Positions 38,025-51,929 are shown, counted from the stretch's first letter. The stretch is DNA of 64,000 nucleotides from the human T2T-CHM13v2.0 reference genome, Homo sapiens (GCF_009914755.1 NC_060935.1); one strand, 5' to 3'. A program made the numbers and translations. The notes: a model not told the origin generated them from the sequence alone.

Positions 38025-38630
38025 TGGAAATCCTACCATTTTTGACAACATGGATTAACCTAGAGGACGTTATGCTAAGTTAAATAAGCAAGTCACAGAA
38101 GGACAAATATTGCATGATTTATATATGAGGTGTCCAAAAATATTATGCTGGTGCAAAAGGAATTGCAGTTTTTGCCATTACTTTCAATGGCAAAACCACA
38201 ATACCTTTTCACCAACCTAAGTCAAGCTCATAGAAGCAGAGAGTTGCATGGTGATTGCCTCAGCTGGGGAGAGGAAGAAATAGGGGAATTGTTCAATCAG
38301 CATAAAGTTTCAGTTATGCAAGATGAATAAGTTCTGGCCACCTGTTGTACAACATAATATCTATAGTTAACAATATATTGAATACTTTAAAACATGTTAA
38401 AAGGATAGATCTCATGCTAAATAGTCTTACCACCAAAAGACCAATCAAGCAACCAAACCAAAAATCACAAACCCAGAAAACAACAAAAAAGAAAACCCAC
38501 AAAAGAACATTAGAAAATTTTTGGAGGTGACAGATATATGATATGTGTATGTCCAAACTCACCAAAATGTATATTAAATAACTGTATTTTTTTTGCATAG
38601 CATTTATACCTCAATAAAGCTTGAAAAAAT
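38025..38630 (+). mobile_element. Old L1 (L1MA/MB) 3' end
   Basis: acaacatggattaacctagaggacgttatgctaag...gtttcagttatgcaagatgaataagttctg...atacctcaataaagc. Confidence 0.8.
38143..38220. mobile_element. MADE1 (Hsmar1-derived MITE)
   Basis: ttatgctggtgcaaaaggaattgcagtttttgccattactttcaatggcaaaaccacaataccttttcaccaacctaa, the 80-bp palindromic MADE1 pattern, preceded by TA. Confidence 0.92.
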
Positions 38631-41499
38631 CTGCTTTTGGAAATCTGCTTAAGGGAAATCCAGGTTACTCAAACCAGGAAACACCATCTACTGGGATGTT
38701 TTGAATGTGGCTATAGTACCTAAAAGGAGAACAACAAGGTCTTCCGAAGAGAAACCTTGGACATCCAGCTCACAAGGGAATAGCAATGGTAGCATCCATC
38801 TGCATCCTGCCTGGTCTCACACCAGGCGCTCAGGCCAGCTCCTCCCATTACCTTTCTCAAGTGTCTGCCAACACAGGGTGCCCTTCAAGCAGACCTTCAC
38901 TATCAGGGGCCAGGTCCTCAGGAGCTGTCAAAGAAGGGACTTGTTGGTAGCATGACCTTTCTAGTGGGCTTCAGGAGGGCCTCCCACCATTTTCTGCCCC
39001 AAACATGAATGAGATATTCTGGGGACCACACTACTTGGTACAAGATGGGGAGAAGAAAAGCCACAGCTCTTACCTGGTAAGTGCGAGTTGGCAGATATTA
39101 CTTTATTTTGGTTGCAGTGGATATGAGCAATATAGCACGATTTTTGAGTAGCCAAGAACGACCTGAGTCCATCTTAAATCCCTATTTTTTGTTTAAATTT
39201 CCTTTGCTTTAAATTAGTTGGCCTGACCTTTTCTTGGAGACTATAGGATATGATAGGAAATGTTGGGTGGTGATGGTCCCTGATCAGCTGAGTGTCCTTC
39301 CATAAAACAACTTCCTTGTTCTGTATCTCAATTTCTCCATCTGAAAAATGGGGGAGCAGGTTGATTAAGAGAATTATGAGTCCCTCTGTGGTCTCAGATT
39401 CTTTCTATCTAGGCTTTAGCCCTGTTAAATTTTAAATTATTTGAGAAGAGATTTCACATAAAGCATTGGCAGTCATCTCCTTCAGAGGGAGATGTCTGAG
39501 ACCTGTCTCAGAGCATGGGTTACGATGGAGAGAGAGCACTTGAGAACCTGGAAACTGAGAATTATGGGAATGGCTAAGGCCAAGGAAGATGGAGTGGCCA
39601 GAGACAAACTTTCTGCATCTTACATTGGCCCTAGACGTCAGGCTTAAGCTTAAAAAATTATCAAGCAGCCATTGTCTTCCCAATGCCTTGTTCATGGCAG
39701 ATAGGATGTAAACAGAAACTGTTTAGACTCTAGTGGCCGACATGCTTTTCACTCTGCCACCTGTTGCCTCCCTCAGCCACTGCTCAGCCAACATCTCTGT
39801 GGGGTTCCCTGAAGCACAGGTGCAGTGGGAATTTCTCTGATTCTTCTTACCATTGTGTGGTAAAAATCTGTTCTTTTGTGTTCACAGAACAGCATTCTCT
39901 CTTATCTGGGAAATGCTCCATTCTTTACTCTAACCATATGGGTCACGCAAGTACTCTATCTCCCTGTAGATCTCATCTTTCTGGTCTTCACTGACTGGAA
40001 ACTGATTGACATTGGGCCAATCCTGGTACCCCATTTTTTTGCCACATAACATCTGGGTTCTTCCTTGGGATTTTTTCAAAGTTGGAACCTAAAAACGTGA
40101 CTTTTCATCTTCTTTATGGCAAAAAAGCTAGAACATGTGAATAGTAGAAACAACTAGTGGGTATTTTTTTCTACTTTGTTGAAGAAAAGAACATTGAGTC
40201 AGAAACAATTATGGACAATAGAGAAATTCTTGGTGTCATGGGAGTTGTTCATCACAGTTGTGCTTGAGACTTAGCTGCATCCCTTCCTGCCCTCACCTTG
40301 TTTTGAGAATCATGTAGTGAATTCATCTATGGGTTCAAGCCATGTTACCTGCTGGGCAGAAACCCAGGGACTGTAAGTCATTCTTTCTTAGGGATTTCAT
40401 TCTCCACATCTGTAAAATGAGAAGATGCACTGGATTCCAGAGTTCTTTCTGGCTTCATCATTCTGGAAAATTCAGACATAAAGGCTCTGAAAACACTTAG
40501 AGAAAACTTATAAGGGAAGCAATGGAGGACACTTACCTCAGGATTGCACACCTCTGAGAGGATTTGGAGGAAGCACAGATATGCATAGAAATGAATTAAG
40601 ATTAATGCACTTAATTATTTGGTCATCTTTATTTGAGGCCCCTTCTATATTTAAGAGCAATAAGGGACCACTGGGTAAAGTGCTGATTAACAAGTTTGGC
40701 ATTAAAAAGTCACAGACTGGGAATCAAATTAACTACTGATGTAATCATTAAACATCTTCCTATTTGGAAGCCTCAGCCTGTTCATCTGTCGATTGAAAAG
40801 CCTGGGTTATTTGACCTCTAATTTCCCCTTCAGTTCCAGCATCTTATGAGAGCCTAAAAAAAATTCCACAGTTCTACAATATGTAAAGTGAGGGCAGGGA
40901 TAGCAATGATGAATTGAGAGGGGAATGTTTGCAGTAGGATAAGTCCTTCCAAAGTCCTTCTAAAGCAAATTTATAGGCACTAGGTGTTCCTCAGCCTTGA
41001 ATTGGCATGAGATCCACCTAAGTCTGGATGGAGAAAGATCGTGAAGATGAATTTCAGGGCAAGAGCTGAAGATATGTTCTCCTTACATACTTCCTGGTTC
41101 CTCCAGGCCACAAGTCATGACTTCTTGGCTATAAGAAACACTTAAAGTAGTTCAAGAAAAGATCTTTTTGGAAGAAGAGAGGATTATCCCTTGAAATAAA
41201 GTCATCTTGGGTCTTTTTCTGGTCCAATCGGCTATGGCTAGAAAGGTAAGGCCAGCCCTTCACCAGTGGCCATGGTGATACTTCGTAGAAGGAGCGAGGG
41301 CCTGGTCAAGTGCCCCAAGAATTTTCTACCACAATCTATTCACTTTGAGACTTAGGTGTCATCTGTTAGCTGAGTTCCCTTCTTTCTGAAAAGCTAGAAG
41401 CTACATAGCTAGAAGGTACAGACATAGAAGGAAGAACCCCTCAATTATTCCCAAATGTGGAATTCAGCGACATCTTCATGAGAGTTTGCAATATACTAC

Positions 41500-41675
41500 A
41501 GGAATTAGGAGTGCACCTTCTGGAGACAGACCACTTGGGTTAAACTCTAGCTCTACCACTTACTGTGGGACTATTGGTGGTCCACTTCAACAATCTGTGC
41601 TAAATTTTCTCATCTCCTTAAAATGAAGATAATAATGGTACCTCATTCATGGAATTGTTTTGTGGATTAAATGAA
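41500..41675 (+). mobile_element. MIR
   Basis: ctggagacagaccacttgggttaaactctagctctaccacttac...aaaatgaagataataatggtacctc. Confidence 0.75.
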
Positions 41676-41878
41676 TCTATCTATCTGTCTATCTATCTAT
41701 CTATCTATCTATCTATCATCTATCATCTATCTCTATCATCTATTTTCTATCATCTACCTATTTATTATCTATCATCCATTTATCATCTATCAGCTGTCTA
41801 CCTAATCATATATCTATGAATCTATCTATCTACTATCAACTATATCTATCATCTGATTTATCATCATCTATCATCTCT
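41675..41878. repeat. (TCTA)n tetranucleotide STR with degenerate extension
   Basis: Seen directly. Confidence 0.95.
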
Positions 41879-42779
41879 TAGAAGAGTGAATTGGCATACA
41901 GTAAGCAGCTAAGTTGGTCTTTGCTGTTGGATTTTCCTGTGGGATTTTCCTTTCCAAATTCTGCTCAGATCTATAGCTCTTAGAAAAAAAATCTCTAAAC
42001 CTCTTTTACTTCAGCTTTATAGGCTCTAATACTCACAATATATGAAATTTTTATCTATACTCTGAGGTTCATTTTGCTTCTCTTCTGGGACTGGCCAAAC
42101 AGTGACTGAACCATCTTAATAATCATTCTGATAGTGTTTTTTAATTAAAAAATTTAATTGACAAATAATAATTGTGTTTACTTATTTATAGGGTACAATG
42201 TAATGTTTTAGCCTATGTATGCATTATAGAATGATTCAGTGAAGTCACTTAAATAAGCCAGTTGTTTTAAGTTTGACTACAGCTTCCTGAAAGCAGGGCC
42301 TTGATGGCCTCACAGTCTATTTCATATGGGGTAGCAATAAGAGGGTTGTTGTAATTATATAGTAGAACTGCAGGGGGTCAGCCATTGGATCCACTTCACA
42401 ATCAAAGAGAGAGACATTCTTTAAAGGGCAAGGTGGTTTCCTCTTCCATATTCCTGAGGGATCCGCCTGGAATTATGTTGCTTCCCCAGACTCCCTTCTA
42501 ATTCTTTTCCCAGTAGGAGTGATTGCTCCTGGGGGAGCCAGTCAGAGACTTCAAGGAGCCAGATCCTGAGATGAAGTCATCAGGAGATGCTGTTTCTTGG
42601 AACAATTACTACTTTGCTATTTGGCATTTGGACAGTTTCTGAGCCTCTTTAGAGCTGTACTGCCTAAGGAGCATCCTTTCCTTAGAACTCTAGTTCTGTA
42701 CGACGTTAATGAAAAAGAAGTTCTGCGCTCAAATTCTTTTGGGAAATGGTGGGTTAGGAAAAAGTTGATGAGGTTTCTT

Positions 42780-43082
42780 TTCTTATTTTTCTTTTTCTTT
42801 AACTTTTAAGTTCAGGGGTACATGTACAGGTTTGTTACAAAGATAAACTTGTGTCATGGGGGTTTGTTGTACAGATTATTTCATCACCCAGGTATTAATC
42901 TTAATGGGTAACAACCCATTGGTTGTTTTTCCTGATCCTCTCCCTCCTCCCACCTTCCACCCTCCAACAGGCCCCAGTGTGTGTTGGTCCTCTCTATATG
43001 TTCATGTATTCTTATCATTTAGCTCCCACTTATAAGTGAGAATATGTGGTATTTGTTTTTCTGTTCCTGTATTAGTTTGCCA
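42780..43082 (-). mobile_element. Older L1PA 3' end
   Basis: ttaagttcaggggtacatgtacaggtttgttac...agctcccacttataagtgagaat; TSD aggtttctt at 42771-42779 and 43083-43091. Confidence 0.88.
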
Positions 43083-43262
43083 AGGTTTCTTAATTATAGG
43101 ATTTTGTAGATCCTTTAATATGCTAATATATAATGTGATTTTCCATGTGAAGAATGTAGTATGCAGTGATCTCCAGATTTATGAGAACAGTGAACCTATT
43201 TTCCTGGAACGTCTACTTACGACACCTGGCAAAAGGTAAGGCCTTCAAAAGACAAGCCTTCC

Positions 43263-43433
43263 GGTATGGTTCTCAAATCTGCTACATGTTATAATCACCA
43301 GGGAATTTATGAAAATTACTGGTGTTCGGCTCCTACACTCAGGCATTCTGATTCAATTGTTAAGGGGTACAATCTGGGCCTTACGAGTTGCTTCCCAGGT
43401 GATTCTAATGTGCAGTGAAGATTGAGAACCACT
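43263..43433. mobile_element. MER5A (hAT-Charlie MITE)
   Basis: Terminal inverted repeats ggttctcaa / ttgagaaccactg and cccaggtgattctaatgtgcag. Confidence 0.8.
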
Positions 43434-43739
43434 GCCCTGGGGTCCTTTTGTCTAGTGCCATATTCCAGATAGGTTCAGTCAACTGAGCGTTGACCTGGTC
43501 CAAGTCATTGTTTTGCCACCAAGAAGCTCCAGAGTCCTTTCTGTATCTAGGTTTTTAAAATTGATAAGACAGGGAGACATCACATTCACCCTATCTTGGG
43601 TCTCCCATGAGGAAGAAAGGCACTGATAGGACTTTGGAGAAATCATGCTTTGCAAGAACATGTCTTTATTATTTTACTTTAGTTTATGGCAGGACACACA
43701 GAGGGGCAGGGAGGTCTAGAGGTCCCAATCCCAAGGCAT

Positions 43740-43926
43740 TGTTGCCACAATTTTTGGAGATTAACTGTTTGGAAATCCCCTGGTATGCCTGTTCATAATG
43801 TAGATACTGCTCCCATGGTGGATGTACTGCATCTGCATCAATCTATGGAGGTGGGGCACTGCTATTCACATTTTAAACAAGTTCTCTGGATAAATTCTTA
43901 CACACACTGAAGTTTGAGAACTAGTG
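43740..43926. mobile_element. MER5-family MITE
   Basis: cattttaaacaagttctctggataaattct...aagtttgagaactagtg. Confidence 0.6.
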
Positions 43927-45454
43927 CTATGGTGGAGGGGTTGGTTACCATCAAGAATTTGCTCAGCTTGCCTGGTGGAAGTCTGTTCACAGCCCACCCA
44001 CATTGGCCTCTCCAACATTTTATCTTATGACTCCCCACCTGCACCATTCTCTACTTCTGCCAAATGATGAACTTTCGAAGTCATCAATTACAGCATGTTT
44101 TGGCAATGGGGAGCAAAAGCTTATGCTTATAAAAAGCCTCCTTTGGGGATCAGTTCATAGCTGGCTATGGTGGCATTGTGTAAAACCCCTGACAAAACTC
44201 CCAATTGAGATATAGGAAACCTTCAAAGAAGTACATTTCTTTTGGTACAAGGCAGGAAGAACGCAAGACTAGGAGCCAGCTCCATCAGACCTTGCTGAGG
44301 GATGGGGCTTTGGAAGTTTGAAATTAAAGAGAAACTTTCAAAGGTATTAATTAGACACCTTGTTAGGAAGTCATATGAAGATAAGTCTCCTTCCCCTGGA
44401 GAATCACCTCAGGAACCAATTAGGGTGTAATACTGGGACAGCGAATATAAGAAGCACATCAGCAAGGTTTCATGATAGATTGGAAGCTCAGGGAGAAAGG
44501 CTGGTCCCCTAGTCTTGTTATCTCAAAGTAAGTCTAGAAAAATCTAAGGAAACACTAGTGTCAGGGATATATTGTTTTGTCAAGGGGTAGAGGAAAGAGA
44601 GAGACTCCTAGAAGTGAGACTAAAACACAGAAGTATTGGAAGTGACCCCATCTCATCAGGTTGCTATGATTATGGGGTTATCTGCAATTTTATTTACGGA
44701 AAGGGAACAAAGGCAAGGTAACTGAAGCCCAGAGAGGAAACGTGACTTGCCCAGGGTCTTACATGCAGTGTGGGTGAATTAGAAGCCAGGTGTCCTTTGG
44801 CTTGGCAGGTGATGGGCAGACAACACACTAAACTAAAGAGGAGGGCATTAGCAAAGTAGAATTCAGGTGAGGACAGTTTGTGTCCAGCTCATGACTTTCA
44901 GATCTAATTTGTTTTCTTTGTTATTCTCCTCAATGGGTCAGCTCAGTATTGGTCTGGCTGCTGGTACATCAGGTACTCAAACACTATCAAAGCCCTCCTT
45001 TACAGCCCTGTTCTAGAACTCCACTAAGGACCCCCAAATTTATTAATCCGAATTTCTCCAACAGCACTCAGACAACACAAGACTACAAAAATATTTCTGC
45101 TTTCAAATTTGGATGCTGTTTATTTTCAAGCTACTGTGTTTATTAGGGGCTTTGAGAACAACCAAACAAAGCTTATGGAGCTTTGTTAGGTGCCCAAAAA
45201 AACTTATGTTTGCTCTTTTGATTTCAAGGTCAATGCTTGAGTGTGTGTTTATGTGTGTGTATACACACCCTTAATAAGCCAGCCTACTCTAATTAGGATA
45301 ACAGCTGTTTGTTAAACTTGCATGTTGTTAGACTGAGAATAGTAATATTCCTACAAGCAGAGCCCATTGCTGATTGCTAATAGATTTTTTTGTTTATATG
45401 TTTTTGTTCAGAGAATATAAATTTTCCTTCCTTAAAACATTCATTTAAAATTTT

Positions 45455-45700
45455 AATAGCCACCTTATATATGTGGAGTGCTTTTAGCTTTCCAATGTGC
45501 TTTTGCCTCTGTTTTAACCTACGCATTAATCTTATCTCATAAGCAGGGCAAGCATTATGATCCTCTTTTGGCAGAGGAGGAAATTGAGGTTCAGAGAGGT
45601 TAAGTGCCTTGTGTAAGATCAAACAGCTAATTGGGGACAGAGTTGCAAATACAAGCGCTGACTTGTAAGTCAGGAATCACTTGCTCTCTGTTCTTTCTAT
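45455..45700 (-). mobile_element. MIR
   Basis: gcagaggaggaaattgaggttcagagaggttaagtgccttg. Confidence 0.75.
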
Positions 45701-45909
45701 AATAGAAGCATTCATCACTTTTTATCTTATATTACAGTGAGCTCAATATCTGTCTATATCTATCTTCGACTGAAAAGTGTGTTGAAGTTGAGTGCCGACA
45801 TGTAAGACATTCAATTTAAAGCTTTGTTACTTGAAATCATTTGAACTCCTCTTGAGCTGTCCCCTCATCTGGCTCTTGTCTTAGCCGTTGCAGGTGAACC
45901 ACTGGACGG

Positions 45910-46854
45910 ATGGCTGAAAGGAATTACACCGTAGTGACGGAGTTCTTCCTTACTGCATTTACTGAACATCTCCAGTGGAGGGTTCCTCTCTTCCTCATAT
46001 TTTTGAGTTTCTATCTTGCCACTATGTTAGGGAACACAGGCATGATCCTCCTGATCCGTGGCGATCGTCGGCTCCACACCCCGATGTACTTCTTCCTCAG
46101 CCACCTTTCCTTGGTGGACATCTGCTACTCGTCCGCCATCATCCCTCAGATGCTGGCTGTGCTGTGGGAGCACGGCACAACCATCTCCCAGGCTCGCTGT
46201 GCAGCTCAGTTCTTCCTCTTCACCTTCTTTGCCTCCATCGACTGCTACCTTCTGGCCATCATGGCCTATGACCGCTACACGGCCGTGTGCCAGCCCCTGC
46301 TTTATGTCACCATCATAACCGAGAAGGCCCGCTGGGGCCTAGTCACTGGGGCTTACGTTGCTGGTTTTTTCAGTGCCTTTGTTCGAACGGTCACAGCCTT
46401 CACTCTCTCCTTTTGTGGAAACAATGAGATCAACTTCATTTTCCGTGACCTCCCTCCTCTATTAAAACTCTCCTGTGGGGACAGCTACACTCAGGAAGTG
46501 GTGATTATTGTGTTTGCTCTTTTCGTCATGCCTGCCTGTATCTTGGTGATCTTGGTATCCTACCTGTTTATCATTGTGGCCATCCTGCAGATCCACTCTG
46601 CTGGAGGCCGGGCCAAGACCTTCTCCACCTGCGCCTCCCACCTCACTGCCGTCGCTCTTTTCTTTGGCACCCTCATCTTCATGTACCTGCGAGACAACAC
46701 AGGCCAGTCCTCCGAGGGAGACCGAGTGGTGTCTGTGCTCTACACGGTGGTGACCCCAATGCTGAATCCCCTTATCTATAGCCTGAGAAACAAGGAGGTA
46801 AAAGAGGCCACTAGGAAAGCCCTGAGCAAATCAAAGCCTGCTAGAAGACCCTAA
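45910..46854 (+). CDS. OR9Q2: Olfactory receptor 9Q2 (314 aa), Arg at conserved Cys179
   Basis: Intact 7TM ORF MAERNYTVVTEF..., [39 protein letters not shown]; close paralog of OR9Q1. Confidence 0.95.
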   Translation: MAERNYTVVTEFFLTAFTEHLQWRVPLFLIFLSFYLATMLGNTGMILLIRGDRRLHTPMYFFLSHLSLVDICYSSAIIPQMLAVLWEHGTTISQARCAAQFFLFTFFASIDCYLLAIMAYDRYTAVCQPLLYVTIITEKARWGLVTGAYVAGFFSAFVRTVTAFTLSFCGNNEINFIFRDLPPLLKLSCGDSYTQEVVIIVFALFVMPACILVILVSYLFIIVAILQIHSAGGRAKTFSTCASHLTAVALFFGTLIFMYLRDNTGQSSEGDRVVSVLYTVVTPMLNPLIYSLRNKEVKEATRKALSKSKPARRP

Positions 46855-46899
46855 ATGGACCCTTGTGAAATATATCATTCCTTAGTTTCCCCATCTTTT

Positions 46900-47190
46900 C
46901 TGTCTTTTCTCAATAGCACCTTCTGGAGAGACTTTCCTAAATAACCCTATGCAAAATCGCACCTGAACTTCCCACCTCCACTTTCTGATTTATTATTCCA
47001 TGTAATACTTATCATCATCTGACATATTAGATGTTATATGTGTTTGACATTTTCTAATGCTCACAACTAGAAAGTAAGCAACATGAGAGCAAATACTTTT
47101 TTATCTGAGCTTCATTTCTATATGTCCAGTTCCTAGCAAAGCACCTAGCATGTGAAAGGCACTCAATAAATATTTGTTGAGTGAATGAAT
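46900..47190 (+). mobile_element. L2 3' end
   Basis: aggcactcaataaatatttgttgagtgaatgaat, the canonical L2 tail. Confidence 0.75.
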
Positions 47191-47535
47191 CTCAGGTTCC
47201 ATTGTCTACTTTTAAGTTGTAATTTCTTCAGTCATCAGTTTTCTTATCTGTCAAGTAGATTTATCTACCTTATAGGACTATGGTTTTGAGGATCCAATGC
47301 ATAAATGGACAAGGATCGCCTCTGTCTTATTCACTAGTATCTGCAGAACACAGTGCATTGCCCAACACAATAAATACTTGATGAGTGAAGCAAGAATATT
47401 TGGAAAATTATAAAGCAGTCTACAAATACAACTGCTGTTTTGATCCAAAGGTATTTTCCAAATTTTGTCATTTATTCATTTATTCTTTCTTTTTTTATCT
47501 TCTTGTTTCTGTGATTTTTGAATAACAATGAGGAA

Positions 47536-47583
<48 letters not shown>
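47536..47583. repeat. (AAT)16 microsatellite
   Basis: Perfect trinucleotide run. Confidence 0.97.
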
Positions 47584-47584
<1 letters not shown>

Positions 47585-47810
47585 GCAAGTTACACTTATT
47601 AGGCATTATTATCTTCCAGGACTTACAATAAGTTTGCTACAGGAATTATTTGATTTAATTTACAGGACATCCCTATGAGGTAGGTTCTATTATTATCTCT
47701 GCTTTATAGGTAGGTGAGGCACTTGAGGCTTAGAGATGTTGAGTAATATTCTCAAGGTCGGCAAGCAAGTAGTTGGGTGGGGCTTCCACCCAGCTAGGCC
47801 TGAGCTCCTA
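47585..47810 (-). mobile_element. MIR
   Basis: ccctatgaggtaggttctattattatc...ttgaggcttagagatgttgagtaat. Confidence 0.75.
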
Positions 47811-50671
47811 TCGGACACACACACTGTTGCTAGCTGTAATCTATTGCCTATTCTATATAATCACTCAACCGGAATTTATTGTTATTGCTCTTTTCTTTTT
47901 CCTTTTATCTGGTGAAGAAAAGGTAAAAGTCCAATCTGTTGGTGTAGATGGCAGTCAACAAAATTCATTTTATAGCCCCTATGTTCTAGGATTGTATAAT
48001 GTGACTTTGTGTATATATGTGTGTGTGTGTGTATAGTTGTGCATGATAAAGTGAAGTGTGTAAACAGCAACTTCTGAATTTGAGGAATGTTTGTTTTAAG
48101 GAGATATAATAAATATTTTAGAAAGGAGATGGCTGGGCATATTTAGGAAAAGGTATAGGGAAAAAATGAGCACCTATGGCCAAGAGGTTTGGGATCATAT
48201 ATCAGCTCTGGTAGAAATCATTTAAAAACTGCAGATTGGGGTGAAGGAATACCACAGAATGCCTCTTGATGTTCATTTTCCAAATATTAACTGTCATGCA
48301 AATATTTTCAGAGCACACCAACATCTGTGGTGGGTGTTAGACATATTTGTGTTGTGGAAAGAACTCAGAACTTGGCACCAAAGTGTCCAGTCTGCCACTT
48401 CTTAGCAGTGTGGCTTCAGATTAATTAGTGCCTTTCAGCCTGCTTCTCCTCTGTGAAATAATACTTACTAAGCACTTACTCTGGGACATGATTTACATGT
48501 ATCTCATTTATTCTCACAATAACTTGGTATATTTGGATAATTGGAAGGCATTCGGTAATATTATAAACATTATTTAGTGTTATTAATTACTGTTATTAAT
48601 TCATGTTAGTATGGTGCTTGTCCAGGCTCCACAGCCTAGTGAGTAGTGATGGGCAGAGGGACCCATAGCTGATCTCTGGGCCTCTTTATTGAAGAACTGT
48701 CTGGAACAGTCCCTCCTGGGCCCAGATTAGCTCTAAACCTGGACATTTCCAGGAGTCAAGTTCTCAAATAATTTTTTAACTTAATTCTTAAGCTGGTGCA
48801 CACTTACCATATCCTAGGTACAATGCTAAAAGCTTTACATGAATCCTTTATTTTAGCCCTCCTAACAATGTTAATGAAAAGTAATTTTTATTGACCCCAT
48901 TTAGCAAAACAAAAAAGAAAATCTAAGACTCAGAGATATTATGTGACTTGACCAAGTTATGTAGCAAGAAAGTGGCAGATGAGGGAGGTTCTGTTCTCAG
49001 GTCTCTGACTCCAAAGTACATACTCTTATCTGATAACTGCCCTTCTGCACTCTTTCTTCTCCTTCTCCCAGGCCCTAGTTCCTGGTTATAGTTTGCTTCA
49101 GAGGTTATCTGGATTTCAGTTGCATTCTTGATCTCCATCTTTGGTAGGTGTGGGCTGAGATGGGTGAGTTTGATGGACTCACATTATTGTGAAGTTCATG
49201 GAACTCATTTTGGCCCTCTTGTAGGCCAATGAGGAGAGTCTGGGGGAATCTATAACTCCCTCAGAAAGAGCAGGGTGGGCTCAGGTAAAGTATTGCCTTC
49301 AAAGCCCTTCCAGAATATCTCTTGGCTCAGAGTGCTTCAATAAATAGTTAATCGGCTTAGTGCCTCCAAGCAGGCACTAACCTTCCCTTCGGGTCTTCTT
49401 TTTCAGTCTTAAGTGATTACCTAAGGAATTAAATATTCCTTTCCAAACACTGATTATTGTTATTTATTACTATTAGCATTTACAAATATGGAATTGTACA
49501 TATATACAATGTGTATTTACTTTGTTATTTTTGTTATATCTATCATTATTATCAAAAGACATCATTCAAAAGATGTATCTGAAATCCCTTCTAATTTACT
49601 AAAACTTTAAAATATAGTTTTATTGAGATTTGACATGCAATAAACTGTACATATTTAAAGTGTACAATTTGATAAGTTTTGACATGTATACACTCATGAA
49701 ACCATCACCATAATCAAGATAATGAACATGTACATCACTTCCCAAGTTTCCTTATACCTACTACAATTTCTCCCATGTGCCCCTTCACATCATTCCCCAT
49801 CTACACCCTCAGGCCACTACTGGTCTGCTTTTTGTCCTATACATTAGTTTGAATTTTATATAAATTTTATGTCAATGGACTCATATCTGACTTCTTCTAC
49901 TTAGCATAATTATTTTGAGAATCATTAACATTGTTGTGTATATCAATAATTCATTTCACATTATTGCTGAGTATTATCACATTGTATACTATGTTTGTTT
50001 ATTCATTCATCTATTTATGGGGATTTTAATTGTTTCCACTTTTTGGCTATTATAAGCAAACCTGCTGTGAATATTCATGAACAACCTTTGTATGGATATA
50101 GACTTTCAGTTCTCTTAGGTACCTAAGGGTGAAGTGGTTGGATTACATAGTAGGCATATGTTTAATTTCTTAGGAAACAGCCAAACTGTTTTCAAAGTGG
50201 TTGTATCACTAAACATTCCCACCAACAGTGCTAACAGTGCATGAGAGTTCCAGTTCTTCCAAATCCTCACCAAAACTTAGCATGGTCAGTCTTTCTAATT
50301 TTTGTACTTTGTGGTAAGAACAGATAACAAGATATTTACCCTCTTAACAAATTTTGAGTTTAGTATGGTATTGTTAACCATAAGTATGATGTTCTACAGC
50401 AAATCTCCAGAATTTATTCATCTTGCATAACTGGAACTTTATACCTATTGAACTACAATTCCTCATTCTTCCTGGCCCCAAGCCCCTGGCAACCACCATT
50501 CTATTTTTGCTTTTATGAGTTTGACTATTTTAGATACCTTAAAGTGAAATCATGTAGTATTTTTCTTTCTGTGACTGACTTATTTCACTTAGCATAATGT
50601 TTTCAAGGTTCATCTGTGTAGTTGCATATGGTAAGATTTCCTTTAAAAGATGAGTAATATTCTAATATATA

Positions 50672-51345
<674 letters not shown>

Positions 51346-51437
51346 TACCACATTTTCTCTATCTCTTCATATGTCAGTGGACATTTAGGTTATTTCCACA
51401 TCTCAGCTACTACGAATAATGCTTCAATGATCATGGG

Positions 51438-51440
<3 letters not shown>

Positions 51441-51480
<40 letters not shown>

Positions 51481-51512
51481 CTATATCTATATAGATATAG
51501 ATATAGATATAT
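51441..51512. repeat. (AC)15 followed by (AT)n/ATATAG repeat
   Basis: Seen directly. Confidence 0.95.
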
Positions 51513-51898
51513 TGGTTTCAATTCTTTTGGATAAATACTCAGAAGTATTGAATATTTATTGCTGAGTCATACGATAATTCTATCTTTAGTTTTTTGAGAA
51601 AACTTCATACTGTTTCCCATAGCAACTGCATCATCTTACATTTCCCACAACAGTGTACAAGGGTTCCAATTTCTCCATGTCCTCACAATCATTTATTTTT
51701 TTAAAAAAATAATAACCATCCTAACAGGTGTGAGATGATATCTCATTGTGGTTTGATTTGCATTCCCCTGTTGATGAGTGATGTTAAGCATCTTTTCATA
51801 TACCTGTTGGTCAGTTGTATATCATTTTGGAAAAATACTATTCAGATCTTTTGCCCATTAAAATGTTTTTTTAATTTAAAAAGATTTATTGAATAAAG

Positions 51899-51929
<31 letters not shown>

